A stretch of DNA of 64,000 nucleotides from positions 66,020-130,019 of the forward strand of contig QALX01000007.1 in NCBI GenBank assembly GCA_003150485.1. Direction: 5' to 3'. Position 1 is the stretch's first letter, and every line of letters starts with the position of its first letter. A program made the translations under genes and the position numbers. This DNA is from Clostridiales bacterium (GTDB lineage: Bacteria > Bacillota > Clostridia > Oscillospirales > Oscillospiraceae). Under the pieces are notes generated by a model, which saw only the letters and a program-made list of their open reading frames with translations, did not search any database and was not told where the DNA came from. Positions 31,080 through 41,114 of this stretch are shown here, piece after piece.

Positions 31080-31615
31080 AAAAATAGGTCCTCCAAAAAA
31101 ATTTTTTTAGTACAAAAAAGCGATCCGTAACCGAAATTGATTACTTCACAGGTAATAATTATATCGGATTGTTGGACTTCTTGCAATACCTAAAATACGC
31201 AAATCGGGAATACTTTTACCTGTTTTTCTCCCATGGCCCAAGGTAAAACCGCCGAAAAAACGACTTTTCTCAACATCCCTCCCTTCCGTTCCCCGCATGC
31301 ACCACATTTTTTATTTCCTTGCAAATCTCCTCATTTCCTCTCTTTTCGAGCGTTTTTTCTCTCTTTAAGCGCCGGAATCTAACCAATCATGATCCCGCCT
31401 TCCGTGCGTTTCCTCCGTTGGCTCGCCCCGGACGCGCCGTTTCTGCTCCCCGCACCGGCCCGTTGATAAAAAATACCACTTAAGGCATATTTCCCGCGCT
31501 CCATTCCCGGCCCCAGATTTTCTCCGCCGCCCCAAGTCCCCAAATTGTATAGTTCTCCCCTTTTTGCAGACAATAGCGGTGGAACAATCAAACAAATAAG
31601 GAGAGAATTGAGCCT

Positions 31616-32158
31616 ATGAAAGCAACCGGTATTGTGCGCCGGATTGACGATTTGGGGCGTGTTGTGATCCCCAAGGAAATTCGCCGGACCCTGCGCATTC
31701 GAGAGGGCGATCCCCTGGAAATTTACACGGACAAGGATGGCGAAGTCATCTTCAAAAAATACTCCATGATGGGAGGCCTGAGCGACTTCGCGGGCCAGAT
31801 CTGTGAGACCCTATATAAGACCTCCAACCACCCCGCCGTCATCACCGACCGGGACAGCATTATCGCCCTGTCCGGCCTGCTGCGCCGGGAATGGCTGGAG
31901 AAGCCGGTCTCCGCCGCCCTGGAGGGGGTGATGGAGGAGAGGCGGCTCTACCAGCGCCAGGAGGGCGACATCCTCCTCCCGGTCACCGACAGCCGCGGCG
32001 GACTGTTCGTCTCCATGGCCGCCCCCATTCTGGCCGAGGGAGATGTGATGGGCTGCCTCCTCTTCGCCGACACGGACGGCGACCAGATTCTGGGCGAGAC
32101 CGAGTACGCCCTGCTTCAGACCATCTCCGGCTTCCTGGGCCGTCATATGGAGACCTGA
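31616..32158 (+). CDS. spoVT: Stage V sporulation protein T (AbrB + GAF)
   Basis: MKATGIVRRIDDLGRVVIPKEIRRTLRIREGDPLEI; GTATA-N17-GACAATA sigma-G/F-like promoter at 31547-31575. Confidence 0.92.
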   Translation: MKATGIVRRIDDLGRVVIPKEIRRTLRIREGDPLEIYTDKDGEVIFKKYSMMGGLSDFAGQICETLYKTSNHPAVITDRDSIIALSGLLRREWLEKPVSAALEGVMEERRLYQRQEGDILLPVTDSRGGLFVSMAAPILAEGDVMGCLLFADTDGDQILGETEYALLQTISGFLGRHMET

Positions 32159-32357
32159 GTCGGCACCACTTGCCACCGCCGGATCCCCGGAAGGATCCGG
32201 CCTTCTTTTTTGCTTTCCGGCCCCTTGACAAGCCCTTGTCTTCTGCTATAATGGACAGTACACTTTCACACTTAAAAGCGGTGACGCCACAAATCGTCAG
32301 CCTGTCAAAGACATTCCTCTTTTAAGCGTGGAGTCCATTTTTAGGAGGAATTTAACT

Positions 32358-33401
32358 ATGAAAAAAACAAGCAAACTTCTGGCCCTGGCTCTGGCCGGCG
32401 CCATGATGCTGGGCCTGACCGCCTGCGGCGGCACCGCCGGTGCAGGTTCCGCTGCTAACTCCAGCGCCCCCGCCGCTTCCGAACCCGCTGCGGCCGCCGG
32501 CTCCGCCGCCGCTTCGGATAAGGCTTACAACATCGGCATCTGCCAGCTGGTCCAGCATGAGGCCCTGGACGCCGCTACCAAGGGCTTCAAAGACGCCCTG
32601 ACCGAAAAGCTGGGCGACAAGGTCACCTTTGATGAGCAGAACGCAGCCGGCGACTCCGCCACCTGCGCCACCATCTGCAACCAGTTCGTCTCCAGCAACG
32701 TGGACCTGATCATGGCCAACGCCACCCCTGCGCTCCAGGCCGCTACCGCTGCCACTGACAGCATTCCCATCCTGGGCACCTCCGTCACGGATTACGGCAC
32801 CGCCCTGGACATCGCTGACTGGACCGGCACCACCGGCAAGAACGTCTCCGGCACCGCCGATCTGGCTCCCCTGGACAAGCAGGCCGAAATGATCAAGGAA
32901 CTGTTCCCCGACGCCAAGAACGTGGGCATCCTGTACTGCTCCGCCGAGCCCAACTCCAAGTATCAGGCCACCAAGATCACCGAGGCCCTGACCGAGATGG
33001 ACTACACCTGCACTGAATACACCTTCGCCGACTCCAACGACGTGGCTTCCGTCACCACCACTGCCTGTGACGCCAGCGATGTGCTCTACATCCCCACTGA
33101 CAACACTGCCGCCTCCTGCGCCGAGGCCATCAACAACGTAGCTGCCCCGGCTAAGACTCCCATCGTCGCCGGTGAAGAGGGCATCTGCAAGGGCTGCGGC
33201 GTCGCAACTCTGTCCATCAGCTACTATGACCTGGGCTACGCCACCGGCGAGATGGCTTACGAAGTCCTGGTCAACGGCGCTGACATCACCACCATGGAAG
33301 TCCAGTCCGCCCCCAAGACCACTTACAAGTATATGGCGGACCGCTGCAAGGATCTGGGCGTGGAAGTTCCCGACACCTATGAGGCCATTGAAGCGGAATA
33401 A
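32358..33401 (+). CDS. ABC transporter substrate-binding lipoprotein (TrpX/DUF534-like), copy 1
   Basis: Lipobox LTAC; QLVQHEALD and PTDNT motifs. Confidence 0.88.
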   Translation: MKKTSKLLALALAGAMMLGLTACGGTAGAGSAANSSAPAASEPAAAAGSAAASDKAYNIGICQLVQHEALDAATKGFKDALTEKLGDKVTFDEQNAAGDSATCATICNQFVSSNVDLIMANATPALQAATAATDSIPILGTSVTDYGTALDIADWTGTTGKNVSGTADLAPLDKQAEMIKELFPDAKNVGILYCSAEPNSKYQATKITEALTEMDYTCTEYTFADSNDVASVTTTACDASDVLYIPTDNTAASCAEAINNVAAPAKTPIVAGEEGICKGCGVATLSISYYDLGYATGEMAYEVLVNGADITTMEVQSAPKTTYKYMADRCKDLGVEVPDTYEAIEAE

Positions 33402-33639
33402 ATTTGATTCTTTCTTCCTTTTTCCCTGACATAACCAAAGGACTGGGGTGCTGCGTAACCGCGGCACCCCCATGCCCTTTTTCCGGCCTGTCCGCGGTTT
33501 GCTTCGGATGGGCTGTTGCAGCGCTGTCCCGATTAAATCCACCCGTATGCCAAACCAGATTGTGGCCCTTGCGCTTTGCCTCCATTTCGGTTATGATGGA
33601 TTTCGACACATTCCAAACAATTTGAGGAGGATATCCTGT

Positions 33640-34584
33640 ATGTCATATCTCGCTTCGCTCAATCCCATGAACTTATTTGGTTCCCTGCCGGGCAACATCG
33701 CCCAGGGGCTGATCTGGGGGCTTATGGCTCTCGGCGTCTACATCACCTTCCGCCTGCTGGACTTTGCCGACCTGACCGTAGACGGCACCTTTGCCACCGG
33801 CGGCGCCGTCACCGTGGTCCTGATCCTCCACGGCTGGTCCGCCCCCGCCGCCCTGCTCGTCGCCGTGCTGGCCGGTCTGGCCGCCGGGCTGATCACCGGT
33901 CTGCTCCACACCCTGCTGGGCATTCCCCCGATTCTCGCCGGCATTCTCACCCAGATCGCCCTGTACTCCATCAACCTGAACATCATGGGGATGGCAAACC
34001 TGGCCGTCAGTGTGGACAACTATCCGCTGATCCTCTCCCTGCGTAAGGTCACCCAGTCCATCCTCATCAGCCTGATCTTTGCCGCCGTGATCATCGCCAT
34101 CCTGTACTGGTACTTCGGCACGGAACAGGGCAGCTCCATCCGGGCCACCGGCTGCAACCCGGCCATGTCCAAGGCCCAGGGCATCAACATCAACTTCACC
34201 AAGGTACTGGCTCTGGCCATCTCCAACGGCCTGGTTGGCCTGTCCGGCGGGCTGATGGCCCAGTATCAGGGGTTCTCCGACATCAACATGGGCCGGGGCG
34301 CCATCGTCATCGGCCTGGCCGCCGTCATTATCGGCGAGGTGCTGGGTGAAGCGATTTTCCGCAAACATCTGAATTTCTTCGGCCGTCTGACCTTCGTGGT
34401 CCTGGGCGGCGTGATCTACTACATCGTGGTGGGCGTGGTCCTCTGGCTCAAGCTGCCCTCCAACGATCTGAAGCTGTTCACCGCCGTCATCGTGGCCATC
34501 TTCCTGGCCGTACCCTACCTGAAGGCCAAATCCAAAACCTCCTTCGCCAAGGCCGCAAAGAAGGGAGCGCAGCACAATGCTTGA
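33640..34584 (+). CDS. ABC transporter permease, copy 1
   Basis: DLTVDGTF, RATG.N and D.NMG.G.IVIGLA motifs. Confidence 0.88.
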   Translation: MSYLASLNPMNLFGSLPGNIAQGLIWGLMALGVYITFRLLDFADLTVDGTFATGGAVTVVLILHGWSAPAALLVAVLAGLAAGLITGLLHTLLGIPPILAGILTQIALYSINLNIMGMANLAVSVDNYPLILSLRKVTQSILISLIFAAVIIAILYWYFGTEQGSSIRATGCNPAMSKAQGININFTKVLALAISNGLVGLSGGLMAQYQGFSDINMGRGAIVIGLAAVIIGEVLGEAIFRKHLNFFGRLTFVVLGGVIYYIVVGVVLWLKLPSNDLKLFTAVIVAIFLAVPYLKAKSKTSFAKAAKKGAQHNA

Positions 34585-35371
34585 TATTATCAATGTCCAC
34601 AAGACGTTTAACCCCGGCACCATCAACGAAAAGGTGGCTCTGGCCGGCGTAGACCTGCACCTGAATCCCGGCGACTTCTGCACCATCATCGGCGGCAACG
34701 GCGCGGGCAAATCCACCACCCTCAACGCCGTGGCCGGCGTGTGGCCAGTGGACGAGGGCTCCATCATCATCGACGGTGAGAACGTCACCGGCGCCCCCGA
34801 GCACAAGCGGGCCTCTTACCTGGGCCGGGTATTCCAGGACCCCATGACCGGCACCGCCGCCACCATGAACATTGAGGAGAATCTGGCTCTGGCCGCCCGC
34901 CGCGGTTCCCGCCGCGGCCTGAAGTGGGGGGTTACCAAAGCGGAGAAGGAGCGTTATCATGAACTGCTCAAGACCCTGGAGCTGGGCCTGGAGGACCGTA
35001 TGACCGCCAAGGTGGGTCTGCTCTCCGGCGGCCAGCGTCAGGCGCTGACCCTGCTCATGGCCACCCTGCGCAAGCCCAAGCTGCTGCTGCTGGACGAGCA
35101 CACCGCCGCTCTGGACCCCAAGACCGCTGAGAAGGTGCTGAAAACCACCGACAAGATCATCTCCGAGCAGAACCTCACCGCCATGATGGTCACCCACAAC
35201 ATGAAAGACGCCATCGCCCACGGCAACCGTCTCATCATGATGCACGAGGGCAAGATCATCCTGAACATCTCCGGCGAGGACAAGCACAAGCTCACCGTCC
35301 CCGACCTGCTCCACCAGTTCGAGCTGGTCAGCGGCGAAGAGTTTGCCAACGACAAAGCAATCCTAGCTTAA
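34577..35371 (+). CDS. ABC transporter ATP-binding protein, copy 1
   Basis: GGNGAGKST, LSGGQRQ and LLDEHTAALDP motifs. Confidence 0.92.
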   Translation: MLDIINVHKTFNPGTINEKVALAGVDLHLNPGDFCTIIGGNGAGKSTTLNAVAGVWPVDEGSIIIDGENVTGAPEHKRASYLGRVFQDPMTGTAATMNIEENLALAARRGSRRGLKWGVTKAEKERYHELLKTLELGLEDRMTAKVGLLSGGQRQALTLLMATLRKPKLLLLDEHTAALDPKTAEKVLKTTDKIISEQNLTAMMVTHNMKDAIAHGNRLIMMHEGKIILNISGEDKHKLTVPDLLHQFELVSGEEFANDKAILA

Positions 35372-35372
35372 G

Positions 35373-35733
35373 CCAGGGGCGCTGCCCTTGCAACCTGCCC
35401 CTTTTTCACTCTGTGTAAGTTCGACTTAACCAAATCAGAGATTTGGAGTCTCACTTATGAAAAAAAGGGGACAAAAAACTTTTTTCGCTCTCGCCCATTC
35501 AACGAGACGTGGGTGAAATGCCGATTTTCATCGGCATAGGGGAGAATAAAATCAAAACATGGAACCTTTCCTAACATCGTGAAAGGTTCCATGTTTTATA
35601 TTTCTTGATATCCCGATCGCCGACGCAGGCCGGCTTCTGCCCACTTGGCAAGCGATCGGCGCATAGCGCGAAAGAAGTTCTTCGGTCCAGCCTTTTTCCA
35701 AAGGGCTGGCGGGGTCTGGGGCAGTGCCCCAGC
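35373..35733. repeat. Two inverted copies of a palindromic intergenic repeat flanking additional hairpins
   Basis: + strand 35373-35492 GGGGCGCTGCCCTTGCAACCTGCCCCTTTT..AAAAAAGGGGACAAAAAACTTTTTTCGC; - strand 35733-35666 GGGGCACTGCCCCAGACCCCGCCAGCCCTTTGGAAAAAGGCTGGACCGAAGAACTTCTTTCGC. Confidence 0.6.
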
Positions 35734-35744
35734 GTACATCTAAC

Positions 35745-36758
35745 TCACAGAAGTGGGATGCCGGCCTCCCGGCAGATGCGTTTGGTCTCGTCATCCCAGA
35801 CGCTGCACTGGACTTCGCCGATGTGGGCGCTGCCCAGGAGGAGCATACACAGGCGGCTCTGGCCGATGCCGCCGCCGATGGTGTAGGGCAGTTCGCCGGC
35901 CAGCAGGGCCTTGTGGAAGGGCAGCTTGCGCCGCTCCTCGCAGCCGGCCAGAGTCAGCTGGCGGTCCAGGGACGCGGGGCTGACCCGGATTCCCATGGAG
36001 GACACCTCAAAGGCCCGCTCCAGGGTGCGGTTCCAGAACAGCAAGTCGCCGTTGAGGGCCCAGTCGTCATAGTCCGGGGCGCGGCCATCGTGGGGGACGC
36101 CGGACTTGAGCTTGCCGCCAATCTGCATCAGGAACACCGTGTGGTGTACGCGCACAAAAGCGTCCTCCCGCTCCTTGGGGGACAGACCCGGGTACAGGTC
36201 CTCCAACTCCTGGGCAGTGACAAAGGTGATATCCGGCTCCACAGTGGGCAACTGGTTCAGGGCGGGATACATGCTGTGGAGGGTCCGCTCGGTGGACCGG
36301 ACCGCAAAGACAATCTTGCGCACCGTCTCCTTTAAGTAGTCCAGGGTCCGCTCCTGGGGCTCCATGATGCGCTCCCAATCCCACTGATCCACGTAAATAG
36401 AATGGAGATTGTCCAGATCCTCATCCCGGCGGATGGCGTTCATATCGGTGTACAGACCGCTGCCAGTATGGAAGCCGTAGTCCTTCAGGGCCTGGCGCTT
36501 CCACTTGGCCAGGGAGTGGACCACCTGGGCCTGGGTTCCGGTAGCTCTGATGTCGAAGCTCACCGGGCGCTCCACGCCGTTGAGATCGTCGTTGAGGCCG
36601 GTGGCCGCCTCCAGGAACAGGGGCGCCGACACCCGGCGCAGATTCAGCTGGCCGGAGAGCACGTCGGCAAACAGCCGCTTGGTCATACCGATTGCAAGCT
36701 GGGTCTCATAGGAATTCAAAATTGGGCGGTAGCCCTGGGGCACGAAAACTTGGTTCAT
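35745..36758 (-). CDS. asnA: Aspartate--ammonia ligase (asparagine synthetase A)
   Basis: VHSLAKWKR, HSIYVDQWDWE, RAPDYDDW and TIGGGIGQSR motifs. Confidence 0.96.
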   Translation of the reverse strand: MNQVFVPQGYRPILNSYETQLAIGMTKRLFADVLSGQLNLRRVSAPLFLEAATGLNDDLNGVERPVSFDIRATGTQAQVVHSLAKWKRQALKDYGFHTGSGLYTDMNAIRRDEDLDNLHSIYVDQWDWERIMEPQERTLDYLKETVRKIVFAVRSTERTLHSMYPALNQLPTVEPDITFVTAQELEDLYPGLSPKEREDAFVRVHHTVFLMQIGGKLKSGVPHDGRAPDYDDWALNGDLLFWNRTLERAFEVSSMGIRVSPASLDRQLTLAGCEERRKLPFHKALLAGELPYTIGGGIGQSRLCMLLLGSAHIGEVQCSVWDDETKRICREAGIPLL

Positions 36759-36964
36759 ATCAGTTTCCTCCTCTATTTTCCCCGGGAAAGGCGGCGAAAC
36801 AGGACGCGGTTACCAGGGTTTGGATGTCCTTTTGCGTTTTATTGTACCATACCCCGTCCCTTCTTTCAACCGCGCCCGGACGCAGTTTTCCCCGCCGATT
36901 TAGGAAAAAAACCGTTGACAAACCCCTCCCTCACGCATATAATGGCACTATCAACCGAACAAAG

Positions 36965-37247
36965 AAACCGAAGAGAAAGAGGAGTAACCTGCTGCAACCC
37001 AGCTGATAGAGAGCCGCCGATGGTGGAATGGCGGCAGCGGAGGGCAGGTGAATGGACTTTCGAGGGCGGCCTGAACCGCGTCTGCGCAGTAGGGTCCGAC
37101 GGGTACCCGTCCCGTTATCCATTGGGCACAGGTCATGCAAGGCGCCTGTGAGAAAATGAGCGGACTTATCTTTATGATAGTCAATTTGGGTGGTACCGCA
37201 GGAGCGCAGCTCTTGTCCTAAAGTCAGGACGAGGGGCTGCTTTTTTC
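36965..37247 (+). ncRNA. T-box riboswitch, Trp specifier
   Basis: GAGTAA..AGAGAG..GGTGGAA stem I; specifier TGG at 37053-37055; AATTTGGGTGGTACCGC T-box; terminator GCAGCTCTTGTCC/GGACGAGGGGCTGC followed by a T-run. Confidence 0.88.
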
Positions 37248-37300
37248 TTGCCCGCCCTCCGTTTGAGTGCCTGCGCAACTTTCTGAAGGAGGAACTTAAC

Positions 37301-38383
37301 ATGAAATCTCTCACCAAAAAACTGCTGGCTGGCGCCACTGTCTCCGCTATGCTGTTCAGCCTGACCGCCTGCGGCGGCGGCACGGACACCGGCTCCGCTT
37401 CCGGTTCTGCCGCCGGTTCCGCAGCCGCCACTGGCACCACCTACAAGGTGGGCATCGTCCAGTACGTCAGCGACGCCTCTCTGGACCAGATCTCCAACAA
37501 CATCAAGGCCGAGCTGGACGCCAAGGGCAAAGAGCTGGGCGTCACCTTCGACTACAAGCCCTACTTCCAGAACGGCGAGGGCGACGCCACCGTCATCAAC
37601 CAGATCGCCTCCGACCTGGTGGCCGACGGCGTGGACATCATCGTCCCCATCGCCACCCCCACCGCCGTGGTGATGCAGACCGCCACTGAGGATAATCAGA
37701 TCCCCGTGGTCTTCTCCGCCGTTTCCGACCCGGTGGGCGCGGAGCTGGTGGACTCCATGGACAAACCGGGCGGTAACATCACCGGCACCTCGGACGCCCT
37801 GGACACCAGTGCCATCTTCAAGCTGATGACCACTGCCGACCCCGACTGTGATTATGTGGGCCTGCTCTATGACAACGGCCAGGACTCCTCCACCCAGCCC
37901 ATCGCCGAAGCCAAGGCCTATCTGGACAAGGCAAACATCAAGTACATTGAAAAGACCGGCACCACCACTGATGAGATCAACCTGGCCGCCCAGTCCCTGA
38001 TCGCCGAGAAGGTGGACGCGGTGTTCACCCCCACTGATAACACCGTCATGACCGCCGAGCTGAGCATCTACGAATCCCTGGCTGAGGCCGGCATCCCCCA
38101 CTACTGCGGCGCGGACTCCTTCGCTCTCAACGGCGCCTTCTGCGGCTACGGCGTAGACTACGCCAACCTGGGCGTGATGACCGCCGACATGGTGGTTGAC
38201 ATACTGGTCAATGGCAAGGACCCGGCCACTACCCCGGTACAGACCTTTGACAACGGCATCGCCACCGTCAACACCGAGACCTGTGAGACGCTGAAGCTGG
38301 ACCTGAAGACCATCAAGGAACAGTTCGCCCCTCTGTGCACCCAGGTCGCAGAGACCACCACCTCTGAGTCCTTCACCGAATAA
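37301..38383 (+). CDS. ABC transporter substrate-binding lipoprotein (TrpX-like, predicted tryptophan), copy 2
   Basis: Lipobox LTAC; AVSDPV, NITGTSD and PTDNT motifs; Trp T-box upstream. Confidence 0.88.
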   Translation: MKSLTKKLLAGATVSAMLFSLTACGGGTDTGSASGSAAGSAAATGTTYKVGIVQYVSDASLDQISNNIKAELDAKGKELGVTFDYKPYFQNGEGDATVINQIASDLVADGVDIIVPIATPTAVVMQTATEDNQIPVVFSAVSDPVGAELVDSMDKPGGNITGTSDALDTSAIFKLMTTADPDCDYVGLLYDNGQDSSTQPIAEAKAYLDKANIKYIEKTGTTTDEINLAAQSLIAEKVDAVFTPTDNTVMTAELSIYESLAEAGIPHYCGADSFALNGAFCGYGVDYANLGVMTADMVVDILVNGKDPATTPVQTFDNGIATVNTETCETLKLDLKTIKEQFAPLCTQVAETTTSESFTE

Positions 38384-38551
38384 GGTCACCGAATCCCACT
38401 GCAAAGGGTCAGGGCACACTGCTGCCCTGATCCTTTGTCCGGGTGCGGCAGGGAGAACAGTTACGGTAACCCGCCGCTACGGTAACCCGCCGCCGTTCTC
38501 TCTGCCACAGCCGCCCGTCTACGTCTCTCACAAAGGAGTTGGTTTTCTTCT

Positions 38552-39523
38552 ATGGGTTCCTTTATCACACTGGGTACCATCCAGACCGCCCTGGAGCTGG
38601 GGGTCATCTACTCCCTGGTGGCCCTGGCCCTGTTCCTCAGCTTCTCCATGCTCAACGTCTGCGACCTGTCCACTGACAGCTGCTTTACCCTGGGCTGCGC
38701 CGTGGGCTCCATGGTGGCCATCGCCGGTCACCCTATCCTGGCCATTTTCGCCGCCATGGGGGCCGGGATTCTTTCCGGCTATCTCACCGCCCTCCTTCAG
38801 ACCAAACTGGGGGTCGAGAGCATCCTGGCCGGTATCATCGTCAACACCGGCCTGTACACCATCAACATCTTTATCATGGGCAAGTCCATCCTCAACCTGA
38901 ACACCACCACCACCGTGTTCACCCTGGCCCGGGACCTGCTCAAGGGCAGCCCTCTGGAGGACTGGTCCCGGCTCATCGTGGCGGTACTCTTCGTGGGGGT
39001 GATTGCGGTCCTGCTGGCCTTCTTCCTCCACACCCGTCTGGGGCTCTCCATCCGGGCCACCGGTGACAATGAGGACATGGTGAAGGCCTCCTCCATCAAC
39101 CCCTCCCTCACCATTATCGTGGGCCTGTGCGTAGCCAACGCCATGACCGCCCTGTCCGGCTGCCTCCTGGGCGAGTACCAGAAGTCCTGTGACATCAACA
39201 TGGGCACCGGTATGGTCACCATCGCCCTGGCCTCCCTGATCATCGGCGAGACCCTCATGGGCCGGGGCGGCATCCCCTTCCGCATCGTCGGGGTCCTCTT
39301 CGGCTCCTGCCTGTACCGGGTGATCGTGGCCATCGCCATGCGCTTCAACCTGCCCGCCTCCGCCCTGAAGCTGGTCTCCGCCCTGATCGTGGCCGTGGCC
39401 ATCGCCTCCCCCACCCTGCGCCAGATGGTAGGGTTCCAGAAGATCAAATGGCGGCGGAAAAGCCAGTACGGCCAGCAGAAGGCCGCCGCAAACCAGGGAA
39501 AGGACGGTGAGGGACCGTGCTGA
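38552..39523 (+). CDS. ABC transporter permease, copy 2
   Basis: DLSTDSCF, RATGDN and DINMGTG motifs. Confidence 0.88.
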   Translation: MGSFITLGTIQTALELGVIYSLVALALFLSFSMLNVCDLSTDSCFTLGCAVGSMVAIAGHPILAIFAAMGAGILSGYLTALLQTKLGVESILAGIIVNTGLYTINIFIMGKSILNLNTTTTVFTLARDLLKGSPLEDWSRLIVAVLFVGVIAVLLAFFLHTRLGLSIRATGDNEDMVKASSINPSLTIIVGLCVANAMTALSGCLLGEYQKSCDINMGTGMVTIALASLIIGETLMGRGGIPFRIVGVLFGSCLYRVIVAIAMRFNLPASALKLVSALIVAVAIASPTLRQMVGFQKIKWRRKSQYGQQKAAANQGKDGEGPC

Positions 39524-40338
39524 AGCTGACCAACCTCCACAAGACCTTTAACGCCGGTACCGTCAACGAGAAGAAGGCCCTGGACGGCCTGAACTTCGAC
39601 CTGGCGGACGGGGATTTCGCCACCATCGTGGGCAGCAACGGCGCCGGAAAATCCACCATGTTCAACGCCATCACCGGGGCGTTTTTCGTAGAGGACGGCG
39701 CCATTGAGCTGGACGGCAAGGACATCACCTTCCGCAAGGAGCACCTGCGCAGCAAGGTCATCGGCCACCTGTTCCAGGACCCCATGAAGGGCACCGCCCC
39801 CCACATGACCATCGAGGAAAACCTGGCCATCGCCTACCTGCGGGCCAGCACCTCCCAGCATGCCTTTTTCAGCCGCATCTCCAAGAAGGACAAGAAGGTA
39901 TTCCGGGACCACCTGGCCCTGCTGGGCATGGACCTGGAAAACCGGATGCGCCAGCCGGTGGGGCTCCTCTCCGGCGGCCAGCGCCAAGCGCTGACCCTGC
40001 TGATGGCCACCATCGTGACCCCGAAACTGTTGCTGCTGGACGAACACACCGCCGCCCTGGACCCGGCCACGGCGGAAAAGGTGCTGGAGCTGACCCGGAC
40101 CATCGTGGCGGAGCGCAATATCACCTGTCTGATGGTCACCCACAACATGACCCAGGCCCTGGAGCTGGGCAACCGGACCATCATGATGGACGCCGGCCGC
40201 ATCGTCTTCGATGTGAAGGGGGAGGAGCGGGCCCACATGACTGTGGACGACCTGCTCCAAAAGTTCCGGCAGGGCGTGGGCCGGGAACTGGACAACGACC
40301 GGATTCTCCTGTCCACCGAGGCTCACAACGCCAAATAA
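39517..40338 (+). CDS. ABC transporter ATP-binding protein, copy 2
   Basis: GSNGAGKST, LSGGQRQ and LLDEHTAALDP motifs. Confidence 0.92.
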   Translation: MLKLTNLHKTFNAGTVNEKKALDGLNFDLADGDFATIVGSNGAGKSTMFNAITGAFFVEDGAIELDGKDITFRKEHLRSKVIGHLFQDPMKGTAPHMTIEENLAIAYLRASTSQHAFFSRISKKDKKVFRDHLALLGMDLENRMRQPVGLLSGGQRQALTLLMATIVTPKLLLLDEHTAALDPATAEKVLELTRTIVAERNITCLMVTHNMTQALELGNRTIMMDAGRIVFDVKGEERAHMTVDDLLQKFRQGVGRELDNDRILLSTEAHNAK

Positions 40339-40401
40339 ATGAGAAAAACATCCGACGAACCGCAATTCGCCGGATGTTTTGTTTTCTTCCCGCATTTCAG
40401 C

Positions 40402-41103
40402 TTATTTCAGCCGCGCCGCCTCCCAGGCCCGGAGCGTTTCCAGATCCTCCGGGGTGTGGAACCAGTGGCGGGCGCCTGCCCGTATCTGCAAGTGGGCGTG
40501 GAAGCGCTCCGCGAAGCTTTGGGCCGTCTCCAGGTCAGTCAGGTGATCCTTTTCCCCGAAGAGAAGGGACGTGGGGCTGTCCCACCGGGTGACGGGGTGC
40601 TCCCTGGCGTAGGTGTAGTACCGCCAGGACAGGATTTCGCCCTGCTCGATGGGAATCTCCCCTTCCCGCTCCAGCCGCTCCGGCGTCACGTCCGCCCAGC
40701 CCATCATCTTCTCGATGAGCAGACCCATGTCCAGCACCGGCGAGACAAAGAGACAGCGCTCCAACTCCCCAGACGGCAGGGCCAGCATACTGAACCAGGC
40801 CCCCATGCTGGTGGCGTACAGGGCGATGGTGCTCCACCGGGCGCGCAGCTGCCCAAACACCCTTTGCAGCTCCGGTACCACCTGCCAGGGGGTCAGCTCC
40901 TCCGGGCCGCCCTGACGCTGGCCGTGGCCGGGCAGGTCGATGCTGACCACCTGCCAGCCCCGGGGACAGGCCGCCGCAGCGGCAAAGTCCCGGGCCTCCT
41001 CCTTGCTCCCCCACTTGCCATGGACGTAGAAAAACACCCGTTCCGACGGCTCCCCCAGCTCCAGGGCCGGAAGGCCGCAGATCATCTTCTTCTCTTCCCG
41101 CAT
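40402..41103 (-). CDS. Alpha/beta hydrolase
   Basis: VHG, IDLPGHG, ATSMG nucleophile elbow, G.KD and H.FH motifs; AGGAGG RBS. Confidence 0.85.
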   Translation of the reverse strand: MREEKKMICGLPALELGEPSERVFFYVHGKWGSKEEARDFAAAAACPRGWQVVSIDLPGHGQRQGGPEELTPWQVVPELQRVFGQLRARWSTIALYATSMGAWFSMLALPSGELERCLFVSPVLDMGLLIEKMMGWADVTPERLEREGEIPIEQGEILSWRYYTYAREHPVTRWDSPTSLLFGEKDHLTDLETAQSFAERFHAHLQIRAGARHWFHTPEDLETLRAWEAARLK

Positions 41104-41114
41104 CGTCTCCCTCC

